In this document: in pieces, positions 61,386-64,000 of the stretch
How positions within the stretch are numbered: the stretch's first letter is position 1
Layout of the letters: every line of letters starts with the position of its first letter
Assembly (NCBI GenBank): GCA_009103225.1
Contig: RHPI01000277.1
Location: 580,074-644,073 of the forward strand
Direction of reading: 5' to 3'
DNA: 64,000 nt
Origin: Chlorokybus atmophyticus
Taxonomy: Eukaryota > Plantae > Mesostigma and Chlorokybus algae
Translations under genes and position numbers: made by a program
Notes under the pieces: generated by a model
The model's input: the letters and a program-made list of their open reading frames with translations, nothing else
Told to the model about the DNA's origin: nothing
The model's database searches: none

Positions 61386-63945
61386 ATGGCAAGCCAAACT
61401 TGCGGCACGCAAAGCATCATGCGCTGGCAGTTGCTGGTGCTGGCTCTGCTGCTGTTGGCGCCTGCGTTCCAGCTAGCACCTGCGCAGGCAACAGATAACT
61501 ACGCGACAGCGCTCTCCACCTTGATAACCGGGCACCCGCGTGCGATTGTCACACCAGACATGCTGCCTGGTAAGCCAAAGCGCAGCACTGTTATATGCAG
61601 GGTAGTAGCCGAGCAATCTCTGGTCACCCCTGTTCGTGTCCGCGCGTCTGTTTGACTGACTCTTGCTGCGCTGCTACACAGCAATTCGGTTGTACAACAA
61701 TACCAAGGGCAAGATGTGGCTGCTCTACAAGAGCGCCATGTCAGGCGCCAACAAGACTATTGCGACCCCTCGCAATCCTGGCAGGTCAGCAAGCTCATGA
61801 CACATTCCAGCACTGCTGGCAACATTGCTGTATAACAACTAGTCGCTTGCTACTGCCAGCAGTGGTGACTGACCTCTCTTGTGCAGTGACGACGCCCGCA
61901 AATTTGCGGACCGGATTGGAAACGTCGCTGGAGGGTACCTGCTCGACTCTGACCCTTCCAAGTTGGCGTACGTGCTTGCCGACCTCATGTACATTTCGTC
62001 ACTGCCTGCCTGGTGAGTTCTGCAAGTTTCGCAGGTGACTATTGCCACGCAGTTCAGCAACTCAGTGACTCATCACCAGCAACGTACTGGATGATGCGCA
62101 GGGGCTCAAGCTTCAACAAGGTGGAGAGTTACCTGGACCTGAGCAACTACCTGCTGGCGGCTTCATGGGGATATGACTGGCTGTACAGTGACCTGACCAG
62201 TACGCAGCGCACGGCCGTGTGGAATGCGGTGCTCAACAACGCCTTCCTTCCCGCCCTCAACGCGTCCATGCTGCCCACCGTCGCAGCCCTGGTGAGTGCT
62301 GCTTGCCACTGCACACATGTTTTGCTAAACCAAAGAAAAGTTAACTCACTCGTGGTGTTGGCATGCAGGACACAAATGTAGCCGTCAACTCGCTCACGGG
62401 CTACGTTGTAGCGACCATAGTATTTGCGGAACGCAATATGACAATGTGCTAGCAGATTTTAGCAATGGCACTGCCGGGCATCGAGCGGCAGCTGCGCAAC
62501 CTCAACCCGAGCGGTGCGTTCTTTGAGGGACCAATGTACGGAAGCTACATCGGATACAACCTGCCTTTCGCCCTCAGCACTTTGAAGACTGCTCTCAACA
62601 ACGACTTTGGCTGGAGCTCCTTACCCGCGCTGATGGTATGGACAAGGTGATAGTGTGAGCTTCCGCACATGCACAGCTGCCTAACGCTACAATCATGTGC
62701 CGGCTGCTGCGTACTTCCGCATTCAATGCTTGAGCCCCGGTGGCAGCGTCACATCGTTTCAACTTTGCGGACGGAGGCGACGACATCAACTCGATGCAGC
62801 TGAACTACTATGCTGCGGCCCAAGTGAACGACACCTTCGTGCCCTCACGAATACAACCTCCTTGTCACAGGCCTGTTCTTCCGCGTATTCTGGACAAACC
62901 CCAACACGTTCAATTCAACGGTGCAGCCGAATCCACTACCCATGGATGTGCGCCATCTCGGGATTGATGCAGACACCGCGTTTATGCGCACGACATGGAA
63001 CAGCAACCGTACCGCATATGTTGCCGTGAAGGCTGGGTGGAATCCTGCATCAAATGAGAGCAACCATGCGCATCTTGACTTGGGGGATCGTTCGTGTTTG
63101 ACAATGATGGCCAACGCTGGTTCATCGACCTCGGCTCTGACAGCTACAGCCTGCCAAATTACTTCACGCCTGGATACAAGTACCGTTACAGGTAAGAGAC
63201 ACCGTAACTTGCTTACTAACTGCAGAGCGTCGAGTCTGCTGCCATGCTTACTGTCATACTCAACAATCTATCGCACTTGCAGTTACTACCGCACACGCAC
63301 GGAGTCTCACACAACACGCTGGCGGTGAGCAACACGACGCAGAGCGCCCTGCTGTGTGCAAACCAGTTGCTGGGCGTACCAGCGTCGCTGTCGGTGCCAT
63401 ACTCCACCTCGAGTCGCTCACACACCATTGTTAACCTCACAGAGGCATACAGCAACGCCACGAGCGTCAGGCGCGGCATCGCACTCCTCAAAGACGTACC
63501 TTTCCCGTACGCTAGGCTTCTTGTGCAAGACGAGGTGAGCATCCGCATGACAAAACTGCACTGCGCGCAGACTCTACAAGGAGATGTGTGGCAATGACTT
63601 TGTCTTGGCTGCACATAGGTGTCCTTCAAGACTCCCATGGATGTCATAAGCATGTTCCACACGCGCGCCACTGTTGTGGTGAGTGGCACAGACGCCACCC
63701 TTACACAGGGGAGTTCACAGCTGCAGGGGCGGATTCTCCGTCCCGCCAACGCGTATTCCACCACCTTCTCTACAGACCCCGGCACGATGAGCCCCGCCCG
63801 GCCGCAGGAAAACAACAACGCGGGCGTCACCAACCTGGTTGTACGCATGCCAGTCTCCACCAACACAACGATTGTAGTGCTCTGGTCCAAGAGCCTTACG
63901 GATGCGCCAGTGCCTCAAGTACAGCCGCTGTCCAAGTGGCAGTAG
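61386..63945 (+). pseudogene. Secreted heparinase II/III-like (DUF4962 + Hepar_II_III) polysaccharide-lyase-family gene, interrupted by a stop and frameshifts
   Basis: Signal peptide MRWQLLVLALLLLAPAFQLAPAQA, then HPR, YLDLSNYLLAASWGYDWLYSDLT..QR, GAFFEGPMYGSY, FNFADG, NHAHLDLG/SFVFDNDGQRWFIDLGSDSY.LPNYF, ESH/NTL, SVRRGIALL..LLVQDE, PLSKWQ*. Introns are GT-AG. In-frame TAG at 62450-62452. Frameshifts at ~62758, ~62845, ~63084 and ~63311. Confidence 0.8.
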
Positions 63946-64000
63946 TGTGTGCCAGCTGGTAGCCACAAGCAAACAGAGACTTTGCCAGAGATTTAACTGT

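Overview
This is eukaryotic nuclear DNA from the green lineage. It has intron-rich genes, CA/TA/GA microsatellites and plant telo-boxes (AAACCCTAA). Plant-type HMA1 and TOM2A genes occur with a ciliary dynein-assembly gene, which points to a flagellated early-diverging streptophyte alga (inference, species not determinable). I spliced 11 intact-looking protein genes by eye: DNAAF1/ODA7, a coiled-coil + GCR1_C-domain protein, a bacterial-type Zn-MDR dehydrogenase, two head-to-head ISCU paralogues, a DUF1308/C7orf25-like protein, Yippee, HMA1, an Eps15-homology protein, TOM2A, PNO1, plus a secreted protein built from bacterial-type Ig-like repeats. There is also a disrupted secreted heparinase II/III (DUF4962)-like gene. 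Other content: a retrotransposon gag remnant, a Penelope-like (Naiad/Chlamys-type) RT remnant, two very long (GA)n runs that are probably assembly-inflated, and two N gaps. The most interesting signals are (1) the GCR1_C domain, known from fungal transcription factors and Crypton transposons, in a green alga; (2) a 51-64 kb neighbourhood of secreted, bacterial-looking but intron-containing genes; and (3) three separate head-to-head inverted duplications, at ~17-20 kb, ~20.8-22 kb and ~59-64 kb. Family assignments come from motif recall, not database searches, and exon boundaries are manual.
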